64,000 nucleotides of DNA from Convolutriloba macropyga (lineage: Eukaryota): the NCBI RefSeq assembly GCF_964194025.1, contig NC_134472.1, forward strand, positions 60,140,001 to 60,204,000, given 5' to 3'. Position numbers and translations under genes: made by a program. A model generated the notes under the pieces. The model did not search any database. It was given only the letters and a program-made list of their open reading frames with translations, and was not told the DNA's origin. This document shows, one piece after another, positions 37,638-50,600 of the stretch (the stretch's first letter is position 1; every line of letters starts with the position of its first letter).

Positions 37638-39406
37638 TCAGTATGCATTGGTGACAATCTCAAGTATTTCTTTGCACATTGGATCCAGCTCACCATCTCC
37701 ACCTAAAACGTGTAAAATATTTGAGCAACCTGTGAATAAATTTAACCAGAGTTTCAAAATTTATGGATTACCTAATGGAAAATTCTGAGCAAGCTCAAGC
37801 TTCTAGTAATTCGGTATTTTGCAGAACTTTAGTTGAGAGATCCATTTATGAAAAAGCTGGAGTGCTGGTCTGCAGATTCACTCATAACAGACCCCCAAAT
37901 TAGAGTGGAAGGTCATTTGTAATATACACTCGGAAAAATGAGGGGAAAAGGCTATGGTGGAACACTGAAAATTTTAATCAAATTACACTTTTCAATAAAT
38001 TCTTTGAGCAACTTTTCCATTATTCAAAAAAAATTATATAAAATAAAAACAGAATATGGTTTGAAACTTTAAAAAACACTCTTGTGCATCAAATTTACTG
38101 AAAAGAGTTTACTTTGATTGAGTAACAAGGAACTCGTAGCAATATAGAAGAGGACAAAAAATTGGAGGTGTGAGTTCGACACCAACTGGAAGAGCTGAAC
38201 ATATTTTAATTAAATTAAACTTTTCCTGACACCCTTCTGACTAAATTTTCCAGTCCGAAATTCCAAACTTTTTAACTATAAAGCTGAGAAATGCCGTGTT
38301 AAATTTACAAAAATTCCAACTTTTGCACTCTTCTACCCGTTATTTTGCCCAAAGTTCTCGGCCTGGTTCCAGGACAAGCAGGATTGGGGGTAATTCCCGG
38401 CTGAGTGAAAAGTTGTTTCATTTCACTGCAAAGATCTTACATTATCCTCCTGCACTGTTTTCCATCTTCCACCACTGCACCTCCTGTCATTACAAATTAA
38501 AAAAGTATTTAAAACACTTACTAACTTATGAAAAAAGATCAAACACATTAAAGAAGCCGTGAATTATTTCACATGGGAGGTGACCGTGTGATTGTCATTG
38601 AAATGATCAACAAAGAGTAGATTCTACACTCTCCACTCTCCTACCGCCCCCCCCCCCCCAAAAAAAAATGAGGGATAAAATTACATAAGTTCACCACATA
38701 CCTCGCTAAATTAGGTAATTTCACGCATTCACCTTATTCACTGCTAATCATTCACAATTTTAATATATTTCTCCGAGCGGTAAATTGCAAGTTTTAGCAT
38801 AAAGCTTTAGAAGTAAACTCAAAGTGTTAGAAGTAAACTCTGAACGGTAAGAACATCTCTAAGTGTGACGCCTTAAGTTATTTTTATTTAACCACTAATC
38901 TTAAAATTTTGTATTTTTGGTGCCGATAGCTCGGCCAGGGATGCCTTTTCACGCCTAAGTATTGCGAAAAGAGCTTATGAATATAAAATTGAGTGAATGC
39001 GCTACAAATACGCTCTCATCTGAAAAGAACCCGCTCTCGTTCACCCCATTGCGTTGAATCGGAGATCTAAGGCTGTAAAATATTTATTTTTGTCCTCTTT
39101 CCTCTCGTTGCCCTGTTATTTTCAAGGAAGTTCCCTCAAAACAAGAGAGTAAATCGTTGTCCTGGACTTAATACATGTGTATAGCTTACTAAAGTCCAGT
39201 TGGTCCACTTTTCCCTGGTATACCATCTCCCCATTGACTGTGATTGCCAATTCATTGAGGTTCTTTGTCTGGTGATAAATCATCTGGTGCTCGTTTGCCT
39301 CCAGAAGTGTACGCAGGCCATCAAGCCTAGCTGGCTCATAAGTCAGACTACCCAGACAGTTCCTGTATGGTCCGTAGCTAACGAAAACTTTGGTTCTTAA
39401 CGGCAT
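37638..39406 (-). CDS. C10orf53: UPF0728 protein (C10orf53 homologue), 93 aa; exons 39406-39190 and 37702-37638
   Basis: MP...V.VSYGPY...RLDGL...VNGE...LDF joined via GTAAGC...TTTTAG to SGDGELDPMCKEILEIVTNAY*, matching the family ending FGGDGxLDPLC...NAY; AATAAA directly after the stop. Confidence 0.92.
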
Positions 39407-39950
39407 TGCGAATATTTATTGATAACGGCGATGAGTGAAAAACAACTTTATTAGTAATCTCTATAAAATTTCTCGAATTGTCTACAAAAAACTAGTTTAC
39501 AAACTAAGCTTGTGTTGTTTTCAAAAAGCAGCTTAAACGTATAAGCTATGCACGAACTATGTATTCAAGTCAGCCCTCGTAACTTTCTCTGTGCTTTGTA
39601 GAAAAGTACACAACGAAAAATGATAAAGATTAAGTAGCGTAAAACCGAGAGAAAAGCAAAAGTTAAAAGAAAACGACGTTCAAAGCACTATGCGAAGAAG
39701 AACGCCCGGGTGGCACAGAAAAGGAAGTCAACAAACAAATATTACAAATGAATAAGGAGAAAAGAAAAGAAGATGGGAAAACGGAGCTAAATCAAAACAA
39801 AGCAGAAAGTTATTTCGTGGACCACGCCGAAATTAGATGCAAAATATGTTGTACGTATCCATCTGTGTGTAAAAAATAATGATCTCTTATAAGCGCACTG
39901 CAAAGAAAATTTTGATTGTCAAATATTTAACACAAAGCTGAGAACACTTT

Positions 39951-40108
39951 NNNNNNNNNNNNNNNNNNNNNNNNNNNNNNNNNNNNNNNNNNNNNNNNNN
40001 NNNNNNNNNNNNNNNNNNNNNNNNNNNNNNNNNNNNNNNNNNNNNNNNNNNNNNNNNNNNNNNNNNNNNNNNNNNNNNNNNNNNNNNNNNNNNNNNNNNN
40101 NNNNNNNN
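39951..40108. other. Assembly gap
   Basis: Run of N. Confidence 1.
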
Positions 40109-40769
40109 GAAATTACAGCAACACGAGATTTTTAATCTCAAAAATGATTAACACTACTATCCAGGTGGAACTACCGCTTGACGCCGGCAGCCCTCCTCTC
40201 TTACTCAGTATTGAAATCACTTGAGAGAAGTGACAACTGAATTAAATAAAAATCCTTTCAAGCTCACTCCAAGTGGAACCTAAAGATTAAATGAACCTAA
40301 TTTCCACAGCAAAAAACAAAGCAGACAAGTCATCTTTTCTTAAGACAATGTCGAACTGATGTTTGATTTTAAGAAAAAATATTTAAAAAAATTGGACCCT
40401 ATTCCAAAAACTACAGAATCAGATTACAATTCCTGAAAAACTTTTCTTTAAAAAAACTTTTTTCCTGGTTTTGCGCAAATATTTATAAAACGCAAAACTA
40501 GAAAATTTCGCCACTGATTGACTGGCTAACATCGGTTGAAAAAAATATTGTAAAAAAATCGTATTGAATAAATTTGAGGAATATTGCTTAAGCAATTATT
40601 AATAGAGCTAACCAATCGTCATGGTGCGACATGAAACAAACAATCTAATTAGTTGAGAACTTCTCAAAAAACTTGGAAACTTCCTATGTCAAAACATGTG
40701 GTTTTCCATGTTCATCAATCAGTCAATTTAATGTATAGACAATGAGATAAACATATTTTTCTTATGTCG

Positions 40770-41040
40770 TATTGATGCAAAGATACTAAAATTTAAGATT
40801 ATGCCAGTATTAGTGGATTTTTGATACCAATAACAGCTAATGTTTCTATGATCGTTTAAATTTATGTTCAAATCTAGGAAAACAAGGTTTCCATTACCGT
40901 TGGGTGTTTCAAGAATGAATTTTAGGTTTTTCAGAAGAGGTTCACATCCTCAACGTTTTCTGATGATTCCCCTAAAAAATGCACACTATGTTATTCAAAT
41001 ACCTCTTGAATAATTTTAGTTCCTGTGTGTCCTCTGTTGT
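40770..41040 (-). mobile_element. Penelope-like element RT fragment
   Basis: LKLFKRYLNNI (decayed RYVDD) then NLKFILETPNGNGNLVFLDLNI...WYQKSTNTGIILNF, colinear with the element at 45294-46990. Confidence 0.8.
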
Positions 41041-41079
41041 ATCTTTTTTTACCCAATAGGAAGAGATTCATAAGAATTC

Positions 41080-41620
41080 CTGTATGTTTTTTTTAACCTC
41101 CATGCCTGTTTGCCGCATCAACACGATTATTATTTGAGTTAACAATCTCAAAAACTCCATTTATAAGGAAATTGGAGATTTCTTTGTTTAAGCAGCGACA
41201 AGACGCACCATTATCCATTATTGTCGACGCTTCCGTTAGCAGTAATTGCGTCTCTATAGTTATCAACGTTCTCGAAATCCTGGAAGTCCTGCTTTTGAAG
41301 GTTTATGAAATCATGTTTGACAAATTTTGCTCTATGCACTTTGGAATGGTAGTTTTAATTGCCTCAGTAATAGAGAAACTGTTTTCTATAACCACAGACA
41401 ACAATTTTTCTTCGGATCTGAACAAGCTGCTATTGTCTTAGAATATGTCACAGATCCGCAGGCAGATATTTGATGCTCTCAACCACTTAACAGTAAAGAT
41501 AGGCAGGCACCATGTTACCAAGCATTGCTTTTCTCACAGCCAACGGCGGATATATCGTCATGCTTAACCTGTTTCTTGCACGTTTGACATTTGCGATATT
41601 CGCCTGTCGTCCATTCATCA
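41080..41620 (-). mobile_element. LINE relic with PHD finger (CR1/L2-type ORF1) and possible APE start
   Basis: KCQTCKKQVKHDDISAVGCEKSNAW*HGAC PHD pattern; downstream NRHGG. Confidence 0.55.
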
Positions 41621-41912
41621 TTCAAAATATGAAACTTCTTTTAAATATTACATAGTAGTTTTTTATTTGTTCGGATCTAGAGATTTGGACGATACAAAAT
41701 TATTTATGAAGAGGTATTGCTGGGAGGGCCCGGGACTAGCCAAAATTCACCCAGTAATAGGAAGGGGACACATCTTGATTTAGTTTTGTCTTGCTGTTTT
41801 TTTTTACCTGTATGTGTTCTGTTTTAACTGTAAGTCAGTCCTATTCTTTGGATGGACTAAATAAAATTTGGACTAATTCAAACAGGTATTCTGTTTGCAC
41901 TCTTCAGCATAA

Positions 41913-43054
41913 CCCAGGTTGAGGTCCAGAACCAAATTGACTTCTGATCAGACCCAGTCGAGCGCACACCCGTGTGTTCCCAGACCGAAATTACAGGGTC
42001 TTTTCGGAAGTTCGAGCGCACTACGGTCTGATCATGGTCTGGAGATGGTCTGATCAGAGGTCATTTTGGTCTGAAAAGACTGATCATAGGCGGATTCGAG
42101 CGCACTTGGGTCTGATCAGAGGAAAATTCGAGCGCAATTGGGTCTGATCATAGGCGGATTCGAGCGCTTTTTTGTCTGATCAGAGGCGACTTCGAGCGCA
42201 ATTGGATCTGATCATAAATGTCTTCAAACGCAATTGGGTCTGATCAGGGACCATTTCGAGCGCACTATTTTTTTCATTTTTTGTTTTTTTTACTGAAAGA
42301 TGTTGGCTCTGCCAAGAGGCAGCCAAAAAGCAGCTTTCTGATCACAGAATCATCTAAAGTCCGATAGCTCTGATCAGAAAAAAAGAGTCCAGCAGATAGC
42401 TGAGGCCGGTCCACTTTAGAAGAAATTTTGATCAACTGGAGACCACGACGTTTCTTATGGAAAGCTGTCTTATTTCATCCATTGGTGTCAGAATTATAAA
42501 CTAATCGGTACACTAAATGAAATTTGTTCTCAACAGTTGGGTTTTGTTTTCTTTAGCAATATTTTAAAATTGATTTTTCCTTAGATGAATTAAATACAGC
42601 AAACATCAGTTTTTATGAAATGAATATATTATAGCAAAATTAGGACATTTTTTCATAGGTAAAATCTGTCTCTGATCAGACTATTTCGAGCGCGCTTGAG
42701 TCTGATCAGAACCCGTTTGGAGCGCACTTCAGTCTGATCATAAATAGCTGCAAGCGCAACTGGGTCTGATCATAACTGCTTCGAGCGCAACTGGGTCTGA
42801 TCATAACCTCTTCGAGCGCATTTGAGTCTGATCATAGTCTGATTAAGGTCTGGGAAATGGTCTGAATTTGAGTCTGGACCATGGTCTGAAGATGGTCTGA
42901 TCAGAACACCTTCGGTCTGAAAAGTCTGGTCAGAGACCTTCTGTGTCTGGAAAGTCTGATCAGGGTGAATTTCCGTCTGGAAATTCTGATCAGAGATATT
43001 TTCGGTCTGGAAAGTCTAATCAGAAGCAAATTTGGGTCTGGACCTCAACCTGGG
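41913..43054. mobile_element. Non-autonomous CMC/EnSpm-type DNA transposon (1142 bp)
   Basis: TIR CCCAGGTTGAGGTCCAGA(A/C)CCAAATT at both ends, 2-bp AA target duplication, arrays of 30-bp subterminal repeats containing palindrome TCTGATCAGA. Confidence 0.88.
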
Positions 43055-43149
43055 AACCCAGAAGTCTCAACTACTGAACTACTACTAGAATTCAAGTCGT
43101 ACTGTTTATAGTATACTCCTCATCTTTGCTGTAAACTCTTTTCATGAAT

Positions 43150-44390
43150 TCATTTTGTTGATAGAATTTTAATAGAAGTGATAGAAAAGCTCAATTCCAG
43201 GTTGAAAGAAGAACAAATAAACACAATGCAAGAATGATGAAACAATTAAAACAAGTTTTTGTAGGAACGTCAGGATTTACAGGTGCTATTAGTAAACTAA
43301 CAACAGTTCGAAATGAAGTATATAGCTTCCTCTTGGAGGTAAAAGTCGAGGGTGTTTTAGAGTTAGATAATCTCATTTCGAAACTTACAATTTTTGTCTC
43401 GCCAAGAAATATTTCAGCTATTTGAACTCTCAAAAGAACTTGCCCGTCAGATTGCAAAAAATCCCAACTTCTTTGTGCGGAATAAACTATTCCAAAATTT
43501 TATTTTGAAATCCACATCTGAGAGAGAGTTCCTAACTTTTTAAAAATAAAATGTGACTTTACTTATTCTCTAGTATACAATTGACAACATCCCACCAAGT
43601 ATAGAGGTTCAACAAAAGTTTTATTCGAGCTCTTATTAAATCAGGCAGCAGCTCGTTGATTGAATTTTTTCAGTCTTCTCATGGAAATTATCAAGACACC
43701 TTGAGAAAGATACGCAGAGGAAAACTAAAAGAGTGAAGCATAAGGTGTTTCCATGAAACATTCAACAGCGGTTCCATGAAACAGCTGTTCCATGAAAAAG
43801 TAAGGCAGAGTTCAACACCCAAACGATGAATGATTGTTGTGCTGATACGGTGGTTCAATGAAACGGCGGTTACATGAAAGATTCAAGCACATTTCAACTG
43901 ATACGTTGGTTCCACGAGACATTCAAAACCCAAATCTTGAATGTTTGTAGTGCTGTCCAAGACGTAAACTTTTAAGAATAAACCAATGGATTTAGTTTAG
44001 TTAAAAACATAGATTCACTTATTCTCTGGTGAAAATGGAGCTCATTCTCGTCGATCCAGAGTAACAAATATTCAATACCGACCTTCGTTAAAATCTTCTG
44101 ATCATCGCAATAAAGATAGAAGTCGCTATGATTAATAGCTTGCGGCACATCGTTTAGGAAAAAATCAAGCAAGGTTCCCAAGACTCTTTCTCGAAGCACA
44201 CTAGTCATATTAAGCAGATCGCGGCATTAACAGCACTCATGGGCACCTCTCGGCAATGATTCTTCTAGCGTCCAACATTCGCAGTCTGTCCCATTGATTT
44301 GAGACCCATATGTACTATAAATTTTTTTTACAATTTCTGAGAAATCCGCATCAAGGCGACTTTAAATGAGCTGTCATTCTCAGCAACTCC
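43150..44390 (-). mobile_element. Decayed LINE RT relic, interrupted by a GTTCCATGAAA-repeat insert (43745-43920)
   Basis: VLGTLLDFFLNDVP...LYCDDQKI (RT motifs B'/C) at 44090-44200. Confidence 0.65.
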
Positions 44391-44399
44391 AGCTATAAA

Positions 44400-45140
44400 G
44401 ATTTGAATAAATTTGAGAGATCAAACCAACCAGAGTTGCAACAATGTGCAACAGGAAGTGCAAATCACAACTCCAGCTGCAAAGAGGCTAAGCCAGGTAA
44501 CGCCCTGTTCAAGAAGGCCCTCTTCGCTATCCAAAGCAGGTGTCCGGAGGTTTTGTTTTTAACCGATAGCGCCAAGTATGCTTAAAACAATAGCTTAGTT
44601 ATATTAGGGCTGGACAAGAACCTAGACGAGGTCAAAGCCACCATCAACAACGCAACCAAAAAAGAGCCTAGAGTGCATCCGAAGCAAAACCGCCAAAGCA
44701 CCAACCCAGCTAGTGGGAGCCTTTACGAGATGCAAAACCAAGAAAGCGCCACGTGATCAGCCACGGCCTGATGATCGGCCTCACCAATTACCGATGTGAA
44801 GAGTCAAAACAAGCCAAAAGCTCTTCTCCTCCTCTTCCATGACAAATATGGTGATCCAAATGCCATCCCTGCCAAGGCTTTGGTCACAAGGCAAACGCGT
44901 TCACCCAAGAAGTTAGATGCATCAGATGTAGACGTCATCGCAAGATAGCTGACTTCACAGTCTCCAGAGATACCCCCAAGTTTGCCAACTGCCAGGGAGA
45001 CCACGCTGCCAACTACAAGGGCTGCATCATTTTCAAGGACGAAAAAGCCCTGAATGGAAGCCTAACAGCGCAAGACCTCAAAAGAATCCTAACAGCAGTC
45101 AACCGAATAGTAGATGATGCCGTGTTCACAGCCAAGTCCA
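44400..45140 (+). mobile_element. I/Jockey-group LINE ORF1 relic with three zinc knuckles
   Basis: CHPCQGFGH, RCIRC..H and ANCQGDHAANYKGC at 44860-45025. Confidence 0.75.
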
Positions 45141-45293
45141 CAGGAAACTAATTTTGACCTTGACAAGTTCCACCAGCAATGCATAGAGAGACAAGAAGTC
45201 TACTTCTACAGTCTCATCGACAGTCTTTTCAAGGTGCAACCGTTGCTTGAATGTCAATTTGAAAATTTTTAGGCAGAACATGCATTCTGCACT

Positions 45294-46990
45294 TAATATT
45301 TCAGTGATAGTCCCTACTTTTGATTTCGTCCCACTTCCTCAGTTGTGCCTTGCGTCTACTAATGTGTAGAGCTTCTATGGTCATAAATTTTTCGCTATGC
45401 TGGCACTGATCAATTATTTTGTAATTAAAAGCCATTAATTACAACAATTGAGTTTGTAGACCACAAGAGACTTCAGATTGCTATCAAAATAAGAATTCAG
45501 GGATGATAGGCAAATACATTGTTTTTGCGTTTTGAATATGGTTTTCGATTCGCGCTTTTTTTCCAATTTTTGCTTCAATTGCAGGCTGATGTTATTTCGA
45601 TACTGCAGGAAAAACAATGGTTTAACATCTTTCACTGGCAATTTTTGTCCCCTCAGTTGTACCTTCTGGCCTTCATTTTTCAATTGAAGTTTAGTTATGA
45701 TTTTCTGTAAAGCATTGTTGGTTTTCTTGGAAGTCCCACATTCAGGGTATTTGTTATTTAGCCAAATATTTTCATTTTCCTTCAGAGCTTTGTCAAAATT
45801 TTGCTATGTGCTAGTGCTTATAAACACGCGGTGAACAGTCCCTTCTACAAAATTTTTTTTATGTTGGATTGGTGCACAGCGACGGATATTCAAGACAATT
45901 CACGTAGCGGTTGGTTTCTTGTAACACTCGCAATTATTTTTTTTGCAGTTGTATATATTGATGCTCATGTCTAAAAAAGCTAAATTACCATTTTCGTCAG
46001 GTTTTTCCACTGTAATTTCGTATGAAGGGTGTTTACTTTTCTGAGCAAGGTGTCCGGTTCACCATTTACGGTGAAAATTATATCGTCAACATATCTCAAT
46101 AATAGTTGTCTTTCAGTTTGTGGTTCACTATCTTATTTGTTAAGCTTCTTGCAATTAGAGCAGTACCACACCATATCCTTCATTTTCGCGTATAAAGTTT
46201 AGCATCAATATTTTGGCATTTTGCATGGAACGATTTCTCACATTTCTCATTTTCCACTCCTTTTCCTCTATAGGTTACTCTACGGTTGCATTCAGGGCAG
46301 AACTCAAGATCCTTTATTGACTTGATCCTATTTTCTAATGACTTCATCCAATTGTTAGCCAGAGTTACTGCAATTGATGCTCCCATTGCCAAGCCATCCC
46401 CCTGACAAAATCATCTGTCATTGCGTTTTAAACAGACATTTGTAACTGCTAGCTTCAAGAGTCTTTTCAAAGTCGATCTTCACATCTCAGGGGCGTGGTC
46501 ACTAGAATAAAGGCTCGGCAAGGCTATTTCAATTGCTTCATTAACAGGGACATTTGTATATAAGCTCTTCACATCCGAAGAAACGATGCTCTCAACAAGT
46601 CCGAGTTTTATGGATTCTAGTTTTCTCCGTGCATCCAGCGTTGACGTCTCAATGTTAGCACCAGGTACTTTATCAAAAGGTTGCGTGAGGAGTTTATTCA
46701 AATCGTAATAACTACTTCCCGGTATTGACAACACTGGGCGTAAAGGAATTCCATTCTCGTGCAATTTTGCTAGGCCATAAAGTCTCGGGGGGGGGGATGC
46801 TCCTTTTGAACACAATTTTTAATGAACTTTTTCGCTGAATAAAGAGCTCTTCTTCATATCAATCAACGCGCTGTTGATGTCTTTCTCAATCTTCAGAGCA
46901 ATGTTATCCACCGTACTAGCAATTTCTTGAAATTGGGTGCAATCGAGAACTCCCGCCAGCTTTTTGTGATATGATTCTCTTCATCACTCA
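45294..46990 (-). mobile_element. Penelope-like element (RT with inserted PHD finger, decayed GIY-YIG endonuclease), 5' truncated, inactive
   Basis: RLYGLAKLHENGIPLRPV, SDVKSLYTNVP, GLAMG, RYVDD, FLDM, WYKKP-like motif, SLVVYKLNC; ORF end LSLKY* near 45294. Confidence 0.92.
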
Positions 46991-47607
46991 AAATCCCCTG
47001 CCATTATCAAAATAGCGTTTTTAAATTGCGTTTTTTCAATAGCGTTCGCCCTTTCAATAGCGTTTTTAGATACTTAGAAGAACAGGAGTTATTTATAGTA
47101 CAAACGATTAGCTCATGACAATGAAATCAGTGATTTGAAAACGTCTGAAATGCACAATAATCTTAATGGTAACGTTCCTATATTTTGAAGAATTGTCTAA
47201 AGCTAATCGAAATCAGGTACTACCACTTATAATTCATGCTGGATGTACTCAAGTAAAGTTATTTGACGATAATAGTTTATCTGGGAAGACTTAGGTTTTC
47301 TTGAACTGTGCCTCTTCTACTCAATTTCTCAAGCTAGTTTTTGTCTTCATTGGGCGTCTATGTGAATAATAAAATACCCTTTAATCTGCCTTTAACTAAT
47401 CGTTTATGCACAGTAAATCATGTAAAAATATAGCACTTGCGTCGGGGGGTTGCAAATAATATGCACCCAATATGCTTGGGGTGGGGGGCACGAACGTAAA
47501 AGATCCGCTTTAAGTAGACTGAGCTTAATTAACCCTGGACCAGCAAATGTTCACCTGGTGTTAAGGATGACCTTTGGGTTGAATTTTTGTACGATTTGAC
47601 AGGTTGC

Positions 47608-50600
47608 ATGAAAATGTTGCTCAGAGTTCAGACAGCTGAGCAGGGTACTAAAAGGGTCGAGGTCAAAGAATCGGATACAACAGCCGCGCTGTATCAGAAA
47701 GCAGTTGACAGCTTCCAATTACCTACACCTAAGTCATATCGATTGTTCAGAACTAGAGATCTGAAACAATTAATACAACCAGGTAAGCTCAATATATTTT
47801 GGCTGCTTCTAATTACACGTTTGCCTGATTTGGTTTATTTTTTAAGGTGCTACTACGATTGGGTCATCAAGACTCAAACATGGTGATATGATATACTTGT
47901 TCAAAAGTGATGTAAAAGTTGGAACATTAACTGAAGGCAAAGGAGAATTTGTGACATCAACAGGTGCCTCTGAGCCAGCTTCCGGTAGCAAAACTGAACT
48001 CTCTGCAGATGTCTTAACCGGAACTGCGGCAATGTCCGTCGATATTGTCGAGGACGACGTGGACAAAATTTTGGGTCAAATGAGTGGTCAAATTGAACGT
48101 GAAATGAACCCACTGTTATGTAGACATAGCAAAAAGAATAAATGTGTGCACTGCATTCCGCTTGACCCATGGGATGAGCAGTACTTGAAAGATAAAGATC
48201 CTCCTATTAAAGTGAGTTGAATCGAAACTAATTCGTTCCGCGAATGATTATACAAACGTAAAGTTGTAAAGTCTTCTTTGTCAATTCTCAAAATTAGGGA
48301 CTGTTTAGTGAGTAAGTTTTGAGGCCGAGATTTCTCTTTCTTTTTGCTGCCTCGATTTGCAAGAGAATAAACCAAGAAATTGAAGTGTGATAAAGATGCA
48401 TTGCAGATATCAACAATTGATCAGGTTATGAAGGGATATCAGTAAAACGTAAAATTTCACGAGTTTGTCGACTAAAAAAAGCTTTGATCTTTAATCATAT
48501 TCGATTCTCAGCTTTGGTATTTCACAGAATAATTTTGACTTTTCACGAATCACTCTCTAGAAGCAACTGAGTTGGGCAGTCTGTGGTTTTTGAAACGCTT
48601 TAAATTAGAAGATATTTTGCCTATAAATCAAGAACTATTCATTGTGCGACATACTCAAGGAAGGAAAATCTTCGGCAGTCGAGCTTCAACTTTTCATAAG
48701 AGTGGAACTCATCTTTCAATAGCGTTTTTAGATACTTAAAAGAACAGGAGTTTTTTTACTGAACAAACGATTAGCTCATGCCAATGAATTCAGTGATTTG
48801 AAAACCAAGGGTAGTCCGCACCCTTATTTGGCAGCTAGATGAGCTTCGAAATTTTGTAACAGTTTTTACAAGCAGAAAAATGCTCCACGTGCTCAAGGGG
48901 CAAAAACTGAAGAGAAATTACTTCTATTTGTCTGTATTATGCTCGGTCCATGTTGACATTTTGTTATCACTTCGATTGGCCAAATAATTCTTGGTGTAAA
49001 CTGGTTTACAGTCTCAACTAAGGCGTCCGTTTTGAGCTGTTCAGATTGCTCTCTCCATTTTGGTCTACCTATTAGGTCTGAGGTTTACTCCCTTCAAAGT
49101 ATATTACAGAAGCGCTCAAAAGCGTTTTTGTGTAGTTGAAATCTTCCAATTAGCTATTAGAGGGCTAAGGCTAGATAAGGTCGTCTAAGATTGAATTGGT
49201 TGGATGTTAAGGCTTCTGCGTTGTTTTGATCAGAAGAAACGTAAGTTATGAGACGAGAGTTGAGGATCCTTTCTGTATCCGTGACAATTGTTTCAGAAAC
49301 TTCTGCAGACTTCCTATGGTGTGAACAGTGATCTCTTTGCTGTTTGAACTATTCTCTCCCGTATGCCTTTTAAAAGTTGAGCAAGTGGTGAGTTCATTTG
49401 TCAAACCTGCTGTTGTAATTGTTGGGAAATGTAGTTAATAATGATATTTTCAAGTTCAGGGCTTTTTTTAGTTGCCTGGTTATTAGCTTAGTATCCTATC
49501 AATTACAAGAATCGTCTAACTGCTAGTAAACAACTGTCCGTGTCGGCACTTTGGCAAACTGCCAGTAGCACTGCGCGAGTTATAAAACACGTAAAAATAC
49601 AGACGTTCGTTTTGTCAATGTTGCGAAGATTATCCCTAATATAGGAGGTTGCAAAAATCCCATTTGAGGAATGGGTACTGCTTTTCAGCGTCAGCAAATC
49701 GAAAATGCGGAAGAGCAAACGTCATTGGTGTAACATTCTGGGCTCTCCATCGGCGTCATATGAAAGAAGTCTGGCTGAGTCTTCTCAGGAATCTTTTGAG
49801 ACCTATGATTAGGAAATCTTGTTGCAGTTATGCTCTGACCAAATTCGTCCCCATGTGTTGACTGTTGTTGCTGTGAGCGTCTTGAATGTTTACATTATTG
49901 ACATGGTCAAGTACCATAGAGTGTTTTTGTTTCCAAGATATTGGCGCATGTCTGTCCTCCCCTGGCTTGCAAAATTCCATTTTCATCCAAAGTGTGTTGA
50001 ATTGTAAAGCTGTATCCCTCATTCTGGTTCTTGAACAGTTGGTAGTCTTATTGGTTTCCCAAAGCGTTCTGGCTGTTTAGTGTATTTTTTTGCAAAAAAT
50101 TTCTTTGCAGATGGTTGTTTTCCTTATGAGCATTCCTTTCCAAGAAAATTTTGTCTACTCATGACTGGGTATACAGATTTACTTCATACTAATTTGGTTG
50201 TTGTTAAGGTTTTCGTTTGATCAAAGCTCTAGTGTTGGGTCTTAAAAAAAGTTAGTCCTTGCAGTCATTTCTCTTCGAGATCTGTTGGTTCCATGGTCTG
50301 CAGGGCTCAATTTTCCAGGTGTGTTTCCATTCATCCGCATTAGCAGATTGCCATAAAAGTTTTGGTCGTTTCTCTGGCTTAAGCCAACGTAATGTCGCAG
50401 TACTATCCGTCGTGAAGTGAGTTGAGAACTTAAATGTCTTTAATACCTGCAAGCTTTGACTTTATTGAGCTCTGAAGTCTTTAAATTCTGCTACTAGGAA
50501 ACCGGCTATTTGGGTTTCCATTACTTCCGCCTCTAGTTCAAGTTTCGGTGTACTTATTTGCTATACGGGGCTACTCGGCATTAATTAATTACTCACAATT

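Noticed and set aside
38160-38190. GTTCGA B-box suggesting a tRNA or SINE
   Set aside because: No A-box or cloverleaf.
44768-44800. CTGATGA-TCGG...CCGA possible hammerhead
   Set aside because: No GAAA after the stem; lies within a LINE ORF1 relic.
45190-45290. Hammerhead expected in the Penelope 3' region
   Set aside because: Only a decayed resemblance with no complementary stem II.
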